64,000 nt of DNA from Flavobacteriales bacterium (lineage in GTDB: Bacteria > Bacteroidota > Bacteroidia > Flavobacteriales > UBA7312), in NCBI GenBank assembly GCA_037625715.1, contig JASJHQ010000076.1, positions 469-64,468 of the forward strand, in the 5' to 3' direction. This document shows positions 1-10,361 of this stretch, piece after piece. Position numbers and translations under genes: made by a program. Numbering within the stretch: the first letter of the stretch is position 1; each line of letters begins with the position of its first letter. The notes beneath the pieces are model-generated. The model searched no databases. It worked only from the letters and a program-made list of their open reading frames with translations, and was not told the origin of the DNA.

Positions 1-91
1 AACAAAAAAATAGCTGCCGCACTTCTAATAAGGTGCCACCTTAATATTTCTAAATGATCTAAAAAAGATTGTTCCTTTCCTATTTTCTCCA

Positions 92-1084
92 TTACAATAT
101 TCCTTCTTTTAACATATCATGAATATGAACAATTCCGACGTATGTTTTACCATCTAACACTACTATTTGAGAAATAGTATTTTTTTCCATCAATTTGAGT
201 CCATCAATTGCTAGAGCATCTTTATGAATTGTTTTTGGCATTTTATTCATAACATCTTTAGCACCCAAACTATTTATATCTAATTTTTTTTCAATTATTC
301 TTCTTATATCTCCATCAGTAATTATTCCAACAATTTCTTGGTCAGACATTACCACTGATGCGCCTAATCTTTTACGAGAAATTTCAACAATAACATCGTA
401 CATAGAATCGTCAATATCAACTCTTGGCATATGATCAGAATTACAAAGATCGCTCATCTTAAGGAAAAGCCTTTTACCTAAAGATCCACCGGGATGAAAA
501 CGAGCAAAATCTTTATCACTAAAATTTCTTGATTGCAATAAACAAACAGCAAGAGCATCGCCCAAAACTAATTGAGCGGTAGTGCTAGTGGTTGGAGCTA
601 AATTATTTGGACAGGCTTCTTTTTCAACAAAGGAGTTTAAAAACCAATCGGAATGACTAACTAGGTAAGAATCTTTGTTTCCACACAAAGCAATAATTTT
701 ATTACCCATTGATTTAATTAATGGAACAATTGCTTTAATTTCTGATGTATTACCGCTTTTTGACAAACATAATACTACATCATTTTCTTGAATGTTACCT
801 AAATCACCATGAGAAGCATCTCCAGCATGCATAAAAACAGATGGCTGACCAGTAGAATTGAAAGTAGAAACAATTTTTTGAGAAATATTTGCACTTTTGC
901 CGATACCTGTAACAATTATTCTTCCACTACTATTTAAAATTTCACTTACTATCTCAGCAAAGTCTTCATTAACAAGATTCTCCAAGGCAAGAATGGACTG
1001 ACCTTCGTTAATTATAGTAGCTTTTGCTGATTCTAAAATTTGTTTAGTTGTTCTCAAAAATAATTTTACTTTTTTGTGGTACAA
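92..1084 (-). CDS. kdsD: KpsF/GutQ-family arabinose-5-phosphate isomerase (SIS domain plus CBS pair)
   Basis: 330-aa ORF with the SIS-type segment VTGIGKSANISQKIVSTFNSTG and a C-terminal CBS-like pair. The start is uncertain: TTG at 1084 or TTG at 1057. Confidence 0.85.
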   Translation of the reverse strand: MYHKKVKLFLRTTKQILESAKATIINEGQSILALENLVNEDFAEIVSEILNSSGRIIVTGIGKSANISQKIVSTFNSTGQPSVFMHAGDASHGDLGNIQENDVVLCLSKSGNTSEIKAIVPLIKSMGNKIIALCGNKDSYLVSHSDWFLNSFVEKEACPNNLAPTTSTTAQLVLGDALAVCLLQSRNFSDKDFARFHPGGSLGKRLFLKMSDLCNSDHMPRVDIDDSMYDVIVEISRKRLGASVVMSDQEIVGIITDGDIRRIIEKKLDINSLGAKDVMNKMPKTIHKDALAIDGLKLMEKNTISQIVVLDGKTYVGIVHIHDMLKEGIL

Positions 1085-1128
1085 AGCTATAAATTTATTG
1101 TAGCTTTATTAATACTTTGGTACTTAAA

Positions 1129-1136
1129 CAAAAGTA
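1129..1136 (-). promoter_or_regulatory. -7 box TAnnTTTG (tacttttg) upstream of kdsD
   Basis: Exact match, 44 nt upstream of TTG 1084. Confidence 0.45.
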
Positions 1137-1159
1137 TCACTTTTACTTTACAATACTTA

Positions 1160-3349
1160 ATGAACAAAGAAACAATATCTTTAAAACAAGAGCTTGACAG
1201 CTATTTTGGTTTCAAAGAATTCAAAGGGCAACAAGAAGCAATTATTCAAAACACTCTTGACGGAAAGGATTCATTTGTAGTTATGCCTACAGGAGGAGGA
1301 AAGTCTATGTGCTATCAACTACCCGCTTTAATGATGGATGGATGCGCAATAGTAATTTCCCCACTAATCGCCTTAATGAAAAATCAGGTGGACGCAATTA
1401 GAGGATTTAATGAAAGTGACAGCATAGCTCACGTACTAAACTCATCATTGTCTAAAAGAGATGTTTTAAAAGTAAAAGAAGATGTGAATTCTGGTAAGAC
1501 CAAGCTACTTTATCTAGCACCAGAATCCTTAACTAAGGAAGAAAATATTGAATTCTTAAGTAACAGAACAATATCTTTTTACGCCATAGATGAGGCCCAC
1601 TGTATTTCGGAGTGGGGGCATGATTTCAGACCAGAATACAGAAACATCAGAAGGATTGTAGAAAATATTGGTAGGGCACCTATAATAGCACTTACAGCTA
1701 CTGCAACTACTAAAGTAAGGGAAGATATTCAGAAAAATTTAGGCATTAGCGATTGCCCTGTATACCTAGACTCTTTTAACAGAACTAATTTATACTATGA
1801 CATTAGACCAAAAATTAATGTCGAAAAAGAAATAATCAAGTACATAAAACAAAATACTGGTAAATCAGGAATTGTTTATTGTTTGAGTAGAAAAAAAGTA
1901 GAAGACATAGCAGAAACCTTACAGGTAAATGGAATAAATGCCCTCCCTTATCACGCTGGCTTAGAAGCCAAAACAAGAATAAAACATCAAGATGCTTTTC
2001 TAATGGAAGAAGCAGATGTAATTGTGGCTACTATTGCATTCGGAATGGGTATTGACAAGCCAGATATTCGTTTTGTTATTCACCATGACATTCCTAAAAG
2101 TTTAGAAAGTTATTACCAAGAAACAGGAAGAGCTGGTAGAGATGGTGGAGAAGGAAATTGCGTAACTTTTTACAGCTATAAAGATATTGAGAAGCTCGAA
2201 AAGTTCTTGCAAGGAAAGCCAGTTGCAGAACAAGAAATAGGAAGACAATTAATTTTAGAAACTATTTCGTTTGCAGAAACCTCAATGTGTAGAAGAAAAT
2301 ATATTCTTCATTACTTTGGAGAATATTTCGATAATAAGGATTGCAATGAAATGTGTGATAACTGCAAGTTTCCAAAACCTAATTTTGAAGGTAAAAAATA
2401 CGTTAAGCAAGTAATTGACACAATTAAGCTTTTTAACGAAAAATTAAAGGCTAAAGAAATTGTAAAAATCATAGTTGGAGAAAGCAATACTTTCACAAAA
2501 CAACACAAAGCCGAAACCCTTGATATTTTTGGCATAGGCAAAGATAAAAGCAAACAATTCTGGCATGCTATTATTCGTCAAACTCTAGTAAAAGGATTAA
2601 TTTATAAGGAAATTGAAACTTACGGCATACTTAAAGTAAGTGAAAAAGGATACGAATTTTTTGAAAATCAATACGACATCCTACTTACAGAAGACCATGA
2701 TTACGATGCTATTAACGCTAAAAATGCTAGCCTGAGCAATCAAAAAGGATCTGCAGCCGATAAAGTTTTATTCGAAATCTTGAAATCAACAAGAAAGAGC
2801 CATGCGAAAGAAATAAACCTTCCTCCTACTATTATTTTCTCGGAAGCTTCTTTAATAGATATGGCTAATCAATATCCAATAAATATTGAGGAGCTTAGCC
2901 AAATACATGGTGTTGGCGCAGGAAAAGCAAAGAAATACGGTGAGCCTTATATTTACGAGATCAAAGAACATGTTGAAGCTAACGACATAGAGAGGCCAAA
3001 CGATATGGTTGTTAAAACAATCGTTAAGCAATCTAGCAACAAGGTTTTCATCATCCAAAGCATTGACAGAAAACTCTCCATTGAAGATATTGCGTCCGCT
3101 AAAGGATTAAAAGTAGACGAATTACTTAGTCAAATAGAAACTATTGTGATTTCTGGAACTAAAGTAAACCTCAACTACTATATTAATGAAATTCTTGACG
3201 AATATCAGCAAGAAGAATTAGACGAATTTTATAGAAATTCAGAAGAAGCTACCTTTGATGAAGCAAGAAATGAGTTCGATGAAGACGAATACAATGACGA
3301 AGAATTAAGACTGTATCGTATTAAGTTTATTTCTGACGTAGCAAACTAA
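1160..3349 (+). CDS. recQ: ATP-dependent DNA helicase RecQ
   Basis: Helicase motifs MPTGGGKS, DEAH(C) and TATAT, the RecQ Zn-finger Cys cluster (CRRK..CDNC) and an HRDC-like C-terminus. The start is moved to ATG 1160 (MNKETISLKQELDSYFGF), because the track start at 1076 adds a hydrophobic non-family extension that overlaps kdsD. Confidence 0.95.
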   Translation: MNKETISLKQELDSYFGFKEFKGQQEAIIQNTLDGKDSFVVMPTGGGKSMCYQLPALMMDGCAIVISPLIALMKNQVDAIRGFNESDSIAHVLNSSLSKRDVLKVKEDVNSGKTKLLYLAPESLTKEENIEFLSNRTISFYAIDEAHCISEWGHDFRPEYRNIRRIVENIGRAPIIALTATATTKVREDIQKNLGISDCPVYLDSFNRTNLYYDIRPKINVEKEIIKYIKQNTGKSGIVYCLSRKKVEDIAETLQVNGINALPYHAGLEAKTRIKHQDAFLMEEADVIVATIAFGMGIDKPDIRFVIHHDIPKSLESYYQETGRAGRDGGEGNCVTFYSYKDIEKLEKFLQGKPVAEQEIGRQLILETISFAETSMCRRKYILHYFGEYFDNKDCNEMCDNCKFPKPNFEGKKYVKQVIDTIKLFNEKLKAKEIVKIIVGESNTFTKQHKAETLDIFGIGKDKSKQFWHAIIRQTLVKGLIYKEIETYGILKVSEKGYEFFENQYDILLTEDHDYDAINAKNASLSNQKGSAADKVLFEILKSTRKSHAKEINLPPTIIFSEASLIDMANQYPINIEELSQIHGVGAGKAKKYGEPYIYEIKEHVEANDIERPNDMVVKTIVKQSSNKVFIIQSIDRKLSIEDIASAKGLKVDELLSQIETIVISGTKVNLNYYINEILDEYQQEELDEFYRNSEEATFDEARNEFDEDEYNDEELRLYRIKFISDVAN

Positions 3350-4505
3350 TTGTTAAAGCAGCCATAAGCTCTACACTGGTAAGAAAAGATTTTTCTTGGA
3401 CGTCAAAATTTGAGTTATGTAATTTTCTTTGAGGCTCTCCTTCAAAACCCACTCCAATTCTGTAAAAACAAGCAGGCACATGATGAGAATAGAAAGCAAA
3501 GTCTTCTGCCGTCATTCTTTTAGGTATATCAATAACAGAGTCTGCTCCTAAAATCAGCTTTGCCTCTTTCTTACAAAAAGCAGTAAGCACATTATCGTTT
3601 TTCAAAAAAGGATAACCAATTTTTATTTCAAGGTTGCAACTTGCTCCATGCTTTTCGGCGATAGTATCACAAATTGTTCTAATTTCTCGATGCGCTTCTT
3701 TTCTCCACTTTTCATCCATAGCCCTAAATGTCCCTTTTAGCTTTACTGTTTCTGGAACTATATTACCTAATGTTCCTCCTTCAATCGCACCTAGAGACAT
3801 AATAGTATCGGAAATAGGATCAAACTTATCGTACAATGCAGAAATAATTTGGGCTACAATCTTTAGAGGATTAATGTTATTTTGAGGAATAGCTGCATGG
3901 CCTCCTACCCCATTTACTGTTAAATAAAGCTCGTCGGCTGAAGCCATAAATAAACCTTCTCTTATTCCAACAGTTCCTGACAACAACTCTGGAGAAACAT
4001 GCTGACCTAATATTAAATCTACATCCGGATTCTTTAAAACTCCCTCCTTAATCATTAGAGAAGCTCCTCCAGGCAAGGTTTCCTCTCCAGGCTGAAAAAT
4101 AAATTTTACTGTGCCCGACCAATCCTTTTTTGTTTCATTTAGAATTTTAGCCACACCTAGTAAAGAAGCCGTATGAAAGTCATGACCACAAGCGTGCATA
4201 ACGCCTTTATTTATAGAGCGATAATCTACAGTATTTGTTTCTTGAATAGGAAGTGCATCGATATCAGCACGAAGCGCAATACATTTACCTGCAGAATTAG
4301 AACCCTCAATAATAGCAACAATACCAGTTTTAACATAACCGGCTCTAAAGTCTATTCCGTATTCGCTTAACTTTTGTTGAATAAATTCAGATGTCTGAAA
4401 TTCTTCGAAAGAAAGTTCTGGATTCATATGTAAATGCCTCCTAACATCAACCACCTCATTGTGGTATAATGCAGACAAATCCTTTATTTTTTTAAATACC
4501 ATCAT
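3327..4505 (-). CDS. M20-family amidohydrolase (N-acyl-L-amino-acid amidohydrolase / hippurate hydrolase-like)
   Basis: 392-aa ORF with RRHLHMNPELSFEE, ALRADIDALP and MHACGHDFH motifs typical of M20D peptidases. Confidence 0.85.
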   Translation of the reverse strand: MMVFKKIKDLSALYHNEVVDVRRHLHMNPELSFEEFQTSEFIQQKLSEYGIDFRAGYVKTGIVAIIEGSNSAGKCIALRADIDALPIQETNTVDYRSINKGVMHACGHDFHTASLLGVAKILNETKKDWSGTVKFIFQPGEETLPGGASLMIKEGVLKNPDVDLILGQHVSPELLSGTVGIREGLFMASADELYLTVNGVGGHAAIPQNNINPLKIVAQIISALYDKFDPISDTIMSLGAIEGGTLGNIVPETVKLKGTFRAMDEKWRKEAHREIRTICDTIAEKHGASCNLEIKIGYPFLKNDNVLTAFCKKEAKLILGADSVIDIPKRMTAEDFAFYSHHVPACFYRIGVGFEGEPQRKLHNSNFDVQEKSFLTSVELMAALTISLLRQK

Positions 4506-4867
4506 TTACCAAAAACTAGTTTCACACCTCCAACTAACATTATAAGACCGAAGATTTTTTTAAGCATTTTAGCATCTAGATTTACTGCCCATTTTGAACT
4601 AAAGTATCCGCCCAAGATAAAAGCAGCGGCTACAATCATAGCATATTTCCATTCTACATATCCAGCTTTGTGATAGTTCCAAGCTGCAAGAACACCTATT
4701 GGTGGAAGCATGATTGCTAAACTGGTTCCTTGTGCAACATGCTGGCTCAAGCCCATCAACACCAATAAAGGAATAATAATTAAACCTCCACCAACGCCAA
4801 CAAAACCACTTAACAAACCAGCACAAATTCCTATAAGCACTAGCATTACAATTGTTGATACTTCCAT
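4502..4867 (-). CDS. Half-size TSUP (TauE/SafE, DUF81) family membrane protein
   Basis: 121-aa hydrophobic ORF with GLLSGFVGVGGGLIIIPLL and a C-terminal KIFGLIMLVGGVKLVFG. It overlaps the M20 gene by 4 nt. Confidence 0.7.
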   Translation of the reverse strand: MEVSTIVMLVLIGICAGLLSGFVGVGGGLIIIPLLVLMGLSQHVAQGTSLAIMLPPIGVLAAWNYHKAGYVEWKYAMIVAAAFILGGYFSSKWAVNLDAKMLKKIFGLIMLVGGVKLVFGK

Positions 4868-4884
4868 TTTATTTGAATATTAAA

Positions 4885-4892
4885 CAAAAATA
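4885..4892 (-). promoter_or_regulatory. -7 box TAnnTTTG (tatttttg) upstream of TSUP/M20 operon
   Basis: Exact match, 17 nt upstream of ATG 4867. Confidence 0.5.
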
Positions 4893-4905
4893 GACAATTC
4901 CATCT

Positions 4906-4913
4906 TATCTTTG
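4906..4913 (+). promoter_or_regulatory. -7 box TAnnTTTG (tatctttg), 4 nt before the MBL-hydrolase ATG (leaderless geometry)
   Basis: Exact match; only taag lies between the box and ATG 4918. Confidence 0.5.
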
Positions 4914-4917
4914 TAAG

Positions 4918-5559
4918 ATGATAGAAATACAAAGCTTCACATTTAACGGATTTCAAGAAAACACTTACGTTTTATTTGATCAAACAAAAGAGTGCATCAT
5001 TATTGACCCAGGATGTTATGAAAAATCAGAACAGCAAACCTTAGTCGATTTTATTGAAAATAATCAACTAAAACCTGTTAAGCTCATAAACACCCACTGT
5101 CATATTGATCATGTTTTAGGAAATAAATTCGTTGCTGAAAAATGGAATCTCCCTTTATACATGCACGAAAAAGATTTGCCAACATTAAAAAGCGTGTCAG
5201 ATTATTGTAAAGTCTATGGGTTTCATAACTATGACCCTAGTCCCGAACCAAGCGCATTTCTAAACCACGAAGACGAACTTACTTTTGGTCAGAGCAGTTT
5301 AGATATTTGTTTTACTCCAGGGCACGCTCCAGGACACATTGTTCTTCATAGCCCATCTCAAAAATTTGTAATTGGAGGAGACGTATTATTCTACACAAGT
5401 ATTGGCCGCACAGACTTGCCGGGCGGAGACCACGACACTCTTATTAATAGCATAAAAGAAAATTTGTTAGTAATGGATGATGATACAGTTGTTTATTGTG
5501 GCCATGGTCAGCCAACAAAAATAGGTTTTGAAAAAATAAATAATCCTTTTTTAAAATAA
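4918..5559 (+). CDS. MBL-fold metallo-hydrolase (glyoxalase II-like)
   Basis: 213-aa ORF with the THCHIDHVLG metal-binding motif, plus TPGHAPGH. Confidence 0.85.
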   Translation: MIEIQSFTFNGFQENTYVLFDQTKECIIIDPGCYEKSEQQTLVDFIENNQLKPVKLINTHCHIDHVLGNKFVAEKWNLPLYMHEKDLPTLKSVSDYCKVYGFHNYDPSPEPSAFLNHEDELTFGQSSLDICFTPGHAPGHIVLHSPSQKFVIGGDVLFYTSIGRTDLPGGDHDTLINSIKENLLVMDDDTVVYCGHGQPTKIGFEKINNPFLK

Positions 5560-5560
5560 A

Positions 5561-6793
5561 CTATTGACTCTGAGCTTCTCGCTTATCATAATCTAGAACT
5601 AAAAGATAATAAGAGAAAACTCCTAAGCCGTACAAAACAGCTGTGACATAGAAGATGTAAGCATATGGCAAATCCATCGACTTAAGGTATCTAAATATCT
5701 GAGAACTAAAGTACCAACTACCACTCCAAATAGCAGCAGTTACTGCACTAAGAATTTCTTGGTTTTGTTTACCGACATAATTCATCGTTAACTCTGATGT
5801 CATTGGGGCAGCCATATTCATTAAAGGTGTCCTAATCCAGTAACAGAATATCGCTAATGGCAATGCCCACCAATGGTCTGCATAAAATTCTGTAGTTGCC
5901 AAGGCTATTAAAGCTAAAACCGCAAAAGACTGAGTAAATGTAATCCCTTTTTTAAATCCTAACTTATTTTTTACCTTAGGAACGAGTAAGGCCATAATAG
6001 CGACTAGAACACTAGCAACAGTTCCAACCAATGCAAATTGGGCCGAATCCAAACCATAAATATGAAAAAAGAATAAATTGATAAAGGGAATAGTTAAACC
6101 CGCTCCAACCGCAATTATAAAAGTGGGTATAAGCGCTTTTAATAAAAGATTCCAATTATACGATTTAAGCTGAATCCCTTTTTTCTCTGACTTTATAATA
6201 ACGTTATCTATTTTCAAACGCATTAAAAAATAGAGTCCGACATAACTAATCAAAGCAATTAGAATAAGCATTTTTCCTTCGTCAATATCTTTAATAGTTT
6301 GACTAAGGGTATATATTAAAATGCCACTTAAAATAGTTCCAAAACTATGGGTAGCATAATTTAATGAAATGGCATGAGATCGATTTTCAACAGAAGTATT
6401 TCGCATCACAAATGGCAAGCTACTTACCTGAAAACTAGTAAAAACTACTCCCCATAAGACGAACAAAAAAGGCAACAATGAAAACAACTGAAGCTTTATC
6501 GATAATATCATTATAATTGCGACAGTAGGCACACCAATGCTTCCAATTAAAAAGAAAGGCTTTAGTTTTTTACCTTTTATAAAAAAGCCAAGTGGAAAGG
6601 CCAAAACCATGACTGCCAAGAAACGATAGGAAATAAAATTTGCAATTTCGGGATCAGAAAATCCGTTTTTAACAAGATAAATATTAAGAATAAGAAAAAA
6701 AGCTGATCCAACTAATTGAATAAAAAACTCCGCTTTAATCATTAGTAAAACGTGAGCTTCAATACTAGCGTACTGTTTTAAAATCTTTTTCAA
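5561..6793 (-). CDS. MFS transporter
   Basis: 410-aa polytopic membrane ORF with about 12 hydrophobic segments. Its TTG start overlaps the kmo stop (TTGA). Confidence 0.7.
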   Translation of the reverse strand: MKKILKQYASIEAHVLLMIKAEFFIQLVGSAFFLILNIYLVKNGFSDPEIANFISYRFLAVMVLAFPLGFFIKGKKLKPFFLIGSIGVPTVAIIMILSIKLQLFSLLPFLFVLWGVVFTSFQVSSLPFVMRNTSVENRSHAISLNYATHSFGTILSGILIYTLSQTIKDIDEGKMLILIALISYVGLYFLMRLKIDNVIIKSEKKGIQLKSYNWNLLLKALIPTFIIAVGAGLTIPFINLFFFHIYGLDSAQFALVGTVASVLVAIMALLVPKVKNKLGFKKGITFTQSFAVLALIALATTEFYADHWWALPLAIFCYWIRTPLMNMAAPMTSELTMNYVGKQNQEILSAVTAAIWSGSWYFSSQIFRYLKSMDLPYAYIFYVTAVLYGLGVFSYYLLVLDYDKREAQSQ

Positions 6794-8127
6794 TCTATTA
6801 AATCCAACATCATATTTTCTACCTCAGAAGAATCCCATTTTTTATCAATATCAGGAACTTCCATAATTTTCTGCATCAACTTTTCTTGCTTTAGTCCTAT
6901 TTGCCAAGCTTGAGAATAACGAATATTACTAAAGGAAACCATGGAGTATAAAGGCAACCATTTTTTGGGATGCTTCTTTGAAAAGTGAAGTTCAATTTTT
7001 TTCTGAAGCAGGAAATTACTATCGGCAGTCTTGTCACGCATTACAATAAAGTTATGCATAGACAGGTCTTGCAAACCGTCACCATCTGGTTTTCTTATCT
7101 CAGAATATTCATTAAAACAAGAGAGCCAGTCGTCGCCATGTTTAGCCATCAATTGATCTAACACATAGCAACCTTCAAAACCAGCATTCATACCCTGACC
7201 ATAAAAAGGAACCGTTGCATGAGCTGCGTCTCCAATTAAAAGAACCTTATCAGAAACTGTCCAAGGATCACATCTCATTATACTTAAAGAGGATGTTTTA
7301 TTAGTCTTATAATCTTGTAAGATGTCTGGTATTAAGTCAAGAGTATCTGGAAATACTTCTTTGAAGAAATTTAAAATTTGATCATCCGTTTTTAGATTAT
7401 TAAACGAATACTCTCCATCATAAGGAAAAAACAAAGTACATGTAAAAGAACCATCCAGATTAGGCAACGCTATTAACATGAAATTGCCTCTTGGCCAAAT
7501 ATGAAGTGCATTTTTTTCGAGCTTATAACTTCCATCTTCATTAGCAGGAATAGTCAATTCTTTATACCCATGTTCTATGAAGTTTTGAGAATATTGAAAC
7601 CTATCCTGACGCATCATTTTAGAACGAATAGCTGAATAAGCACCATCGGCACCAATTATTCGATCAGACTCTACTTTAACTTCCTCTCCATCCTTATTTT
7701 CGAAAAATGCAGTTGCAGTTTGAAGATCAACATCCAGACACTTATGATCAAATTTAATAGTTACATTTTCTTGCTGATCAGCTAGATTAAGTAATAATAA
7801 ATTTAATCCCCCTCTAGAAACAGAATAAATTGCTTCCCCATCTTGTCCATATTGTTGATCGGTTAATGTTCCATCCACACCATGCATTACTCTTTTATAC
7901 ATTGGGATAGCCATCTTTTCGACTTCTTTGTCTACTCCAATTGCTTTTAGGGCGGTCCATCCTCTAACAGAAAGGGCTAAGTTAATAGATCTTCCAGCTA
8001 ACATTTTAGCATTACGCATATCAGACCTTCTTTCGAAAACCTCTACCTCGTGACCTCTCTTTGCTAAATAGATTGCTTCTAGGGAACCAACTAAACCAGC
8101 ACCTGCTATTGTTATTTTATTACTCAT
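6790..8127 (-). CDS. kmo: Kynurenine 3-monooxygenase (FAD-dependent)
   Basis: 445-aa ORF with the N-terminal FAD fold [30 protein letters not shown], then [22 protein letters not shown]. It lies next to kynureninase. Confidence 0.85.
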   Translation of the reverse strand: MSNKITIAGAGLVGSLEAIYLAKRGHEVEVFERRSDMRNAKMLAGRSINLALSVRGWTALKAIGVDKEVEKMAIPMYKRVMHGVDGTLTDQQYGQDGEAIYSVSRGGLNLLLLNLADQQENVTIKFDHKCLDVDLQTATAFFENKDGEEVKVESDRIIGADGAYSAIRSKMMRQDRFQYSQNFIEHGYKELTIPANEDGSYKLEKNALHIWPRGNFMLIALPNLDGSFTCTLFFPYDGEYSFNNLKTDDQILNFFKEVFPDTLDLIPDILQDYKTNKTSSLSIMRCDPWTVSDKVLLIGDAAHATVPFYGQGMNAGFEGCYVLDQLMAKHGDDWLSCFNEYSEIRKPDGDGLQDLSMHNFIVMRDKTADSNFLLQKKIELHFSKKHPKKWLPLYSMVSFSNIRYSQAWQIGLKQEKLMQKIMEVPDIDKKWDSSEVENMMLDLID

Positions 8128-9395
8128 CTTTTTAAATAGTTTTCTATGATTTGACCTAAGCTGTAAACATCGGAAAAAGAATTATATAAAGGTATTGCTG
8201 CTAATCGGATTACGTTTGGCTCTCTCCAATCAGCAATCACTCCGTTTGCAGTTAAAAAGTCAAACATCTCTTTTCCTTGGCCGTGAGCCAAAACAGATAA
8301 TTGACATCCTCTTGATTCTTCCTCTTTAGGTGTAATTACTTCTAAGTTACAATTGGAATATCTACTAGAAATGTCGTTAAAAACGAATTCCATAAAAGAG
8401 GTTAATTTTTTACTTTTTTCAACCAGTTTATCCATTCCTACTTCATCGAAAATATCCATACTTGCCTTACAACTAGCCATTATTAAAACCGGAGCATTAC
8501 TCAACTGCCATCCTTGGGCTCCTTGCATTGCAACAAATTCTTTTTCCATTAAAAATCTTCTTGATTCATCATGACCCCACCATCCTGCAAATCTTGGCAT
8601 ACTATCATCTGAACCATGCTTAGAGTGAACAAAAATACCTGAAACACTACCTGGGCCAGAATTTAAATACTTGTAAGAACACCAGCATGCAAAATCAACA
8701 TTCCAATCATGCAAATCAAGTTTAACGTTTCCAACACCATGTGCTAAATCAAAACCAGCAAGAGCTCCAACAGAGTGAGCTTTTTTGGTAATTCCCTTAA
8801 GATCAAAAACCTGTCCTGAGTAGTAATTTACTCCACCCCAAAATACTAAAGCTAACTCATCCCCAACTTCTTCTATTTTAGCTAAAATATCTTCTTTTCT
8901 AATCAAATGTTCTCCCTCTCTAGGCCCAACCTCTACTATGGTTTGATCGGGTTCCAGTCCGTGAAACTTAACCTGACTTTCTAGCATATATTGATCAGAT
9001 GGAAATGCTTTGGCTTCACAAATAATTTTAAACCTTTTGGCTGTAGGACGATAGAAAGAAACCATCATTAAATGCAAATTGACGCTAAGACCATTCATAG
9101 CAACAACCTCATCTTCATTAGCCCCTACTAAGCGAGCAAATGGCCCTGATAAAATTTTATGATAAGACACCCACGGATTCTTAGCATGAAAATGACCTTC
9201 AACCCCAAACTTAGCCCAGTCATCTAATTCTTGCTGAACATAACTTTGTGCTGATTTAGGCTGAAGACCTAAGGAGTTACCCGTAAAATAATAAACTTCT
9301 TTATCGTTAGATTCAGGAATGTGAAATCGACCTCTGTAATCAGACAAAGTGTCTTTACTATCTAAGTCTGCAGCGTGTTCTATAGTGTTCTTCAT
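8124..9395 (-). CDS. kynU: Kynureninase (PLP-dependent)
   Basis: [17 protein letters not shown]-lysine region, and an ATGA overlap with kmo. The start is moved to ATG 9395 ([11 protein letters not shown]); the track start at 9425 is a TTG. Confidence 0.9.
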   Translation of the reverse strand: MKNTIEHAADLDSKDTLSDYRGRFHIPESNDKEVYYFTGNSLGLQPKSAQSYVQQELDDWAKFGVEGHFHAKNPWVSYHKILSGPFARLVGANEDEVVAMNGLSVNLHLMMVSFYRPTAKRFKIICEAKAFPSDQYMLESQVKFHGLEPDQTIVEVGPREGEHLIRKEDILAKIEEVGDELALVFWGGVNYYSGQVFDLKGITKKAHSVGALAGFDLAHGVGNVKLDLHDWNVDFACWCSYKYLNSGPGSVSGIFVHSKHGSDDSMPRFAGWWGHDESRRFLMEKEFVAMQGAQGWQLSNAPVLIMASCKASMDIFDEVGMDKLVEKSKKLTSFMEFVFNDISSRYSNCNLEVITPKEEESRGCQLSVLAHGQGKEMFDFLTANGVIADWREPNVIRLAAIPLYNSFSDVYSLGQIIENYLKR

Positions 9396-9447
9396 TGATC
9401 GTAAAAATGAGTACCAAAGATACAAAAGCTAACGAGTACATAATATA

Positions 9448-10284
9448 TTATGGAATCAAAAAATAGGACAGCAAAAGTAAGAGCGATAATCCCTCTACGA
9501 AAAAGGAAAAATAAAAATCTTTATTAGTTGTTTTCGAGTATTTAACAAGAAAGAAAGCAATGGTGCAAGTTAGAGCGTGAGACAAAAGAAAACGAGAACT
9601 TAATTCTAAAAAATAGAATTGATAAACCACAAAAGCAAAGCTTAAAAAAAGACAGAAAAATGCAATTTTTTTAGCACCCTCAACTCCAAAAACCATAGGT
9701 ATGGTTTTGATTTCGTTTTTATCATATTTTAAATCTCTAATATCAAAGGGAATTGTAATCGCCAGCACAAACAAAAACCGATCTAGCAAAAGCGGAATTA
9801 GGTTAAAAGAAAGGGTGGTATTGCTTTCTGTAACCACAAGTATTGTAGTCGTAAACGTCCAGACAATAGCAATCAAAAATATTTTCAAAAAAGGAACTTC
9901 TCTCAAAGAAATCTTAGAAAATGACTTCAAAGGATATAAAAAAGAAATAAGAAACAATGGAATTAAAAAGTACAAGCTAATAGGTTTCAGACTAAAAATC
10001 AAAGCAAAACAAATCACAATTGAAATTAAGCAAATAATGAGACTCAATTTAAAGTTTAATTTATTCCAATTTAAGTTGTTAGACGAGTACTCTTTGTAGC
10101 TAATTCGAATTATTCGCTGAAAATGATAGGTAAATAAAGTGCTGAAAAGTATAAAACAAAAAAAATATTCGCCCACATTTACATCCAAAATAAGTGCAGT
10201 TCTTATAGCAAGTGCTAGCACACACATGGAGACAAAAAGATTGGAATACAATAAAAACGAAATTGTTTTTTTCAATATACTCAT
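9448..10284 (-). CDS. UbiA-superfamily-like polytopic membrane protein (putative prenyltransferase)
   Basis: About 8 TM segments and one Asp-rich motif, FDIRDLKYD. I do not see the usual first NDxxDxxxD motif. The start is set to ATG 10284; the track start at 10293 is a TTG lying inside a -7 box. Confidence 0.5.
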   Translation of the reverse strand: MSILKKTISFLLYSNLFVSMCVLALAIRTALILDVNVGEYFFCFILFSTLFTYHFQRIIRISYKEYSSNNLNWNKLNFKLSLIICLISIVICFALIFSLKPISLYFLIPLFLISFLYPLKSFSKISLREVPFLKIFLIAIVWTFTTTILVVTESNTTLSFNLIPLLLDRFLFVLAITIPFDIRDLKYDKNEIKTIPMVFGVEGAKKIAFFCLFLSFAFVVYQFYFLELSSRFLLSHALTCTIAFFLVKYSKTTNKDFYFSFFVEGLSLLLLLSYFLIP

Positions 10285-10290
10285 TGTTAT

Positions 10291-10298
10291 CAAAAATA
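10291..10298 (-). promoter_or_regulatory. -7 box TAnnTTTG (tatttttg), 6 nt before the UbiA-like ATG (leaderless geometry)
   Basis: Exact match; ataaca lies between the box and ATG 10284. Confidence 0.5.
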
Positions 10299-10333
10299 TA
10301 AAAAAGGATGCCTGATATTAACGTCTCATTATT

Positions 10334-10341
10334 TATTTTTG
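10334..10341 (+). promoter_or_regulatory. -7 box TAnnTTTG (tatttttg) upstream of gcvP
   Basis: Exact match, 20 nt upstream of ATG 10362. Confidence 0.5.
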
Positions 10342-10361
10342 TACCCTAATAATATTACGAT

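Noticed and set aside
1-91. A possible 3' end of a neighbouring gene, or a terminator at the left edge. Frame 1 is open to TGA at 55-57, and a weak hairpin is followed by a T-run on the minus strand at about 1-40.
   Set aside because: There is too little sequence to recognise a product, and the hairpin has only about 4-5 contiguous pairs. It cannot be supported.
10294-10361. A possible glycine riboswitch upstream of gcvP.
   Set aside because: The leader is only about 20 nt after the predicted -7 box and the whole spacer is 68 nt. That is far too short for a glycine aptamer, and no conserved aptamer core is visible.
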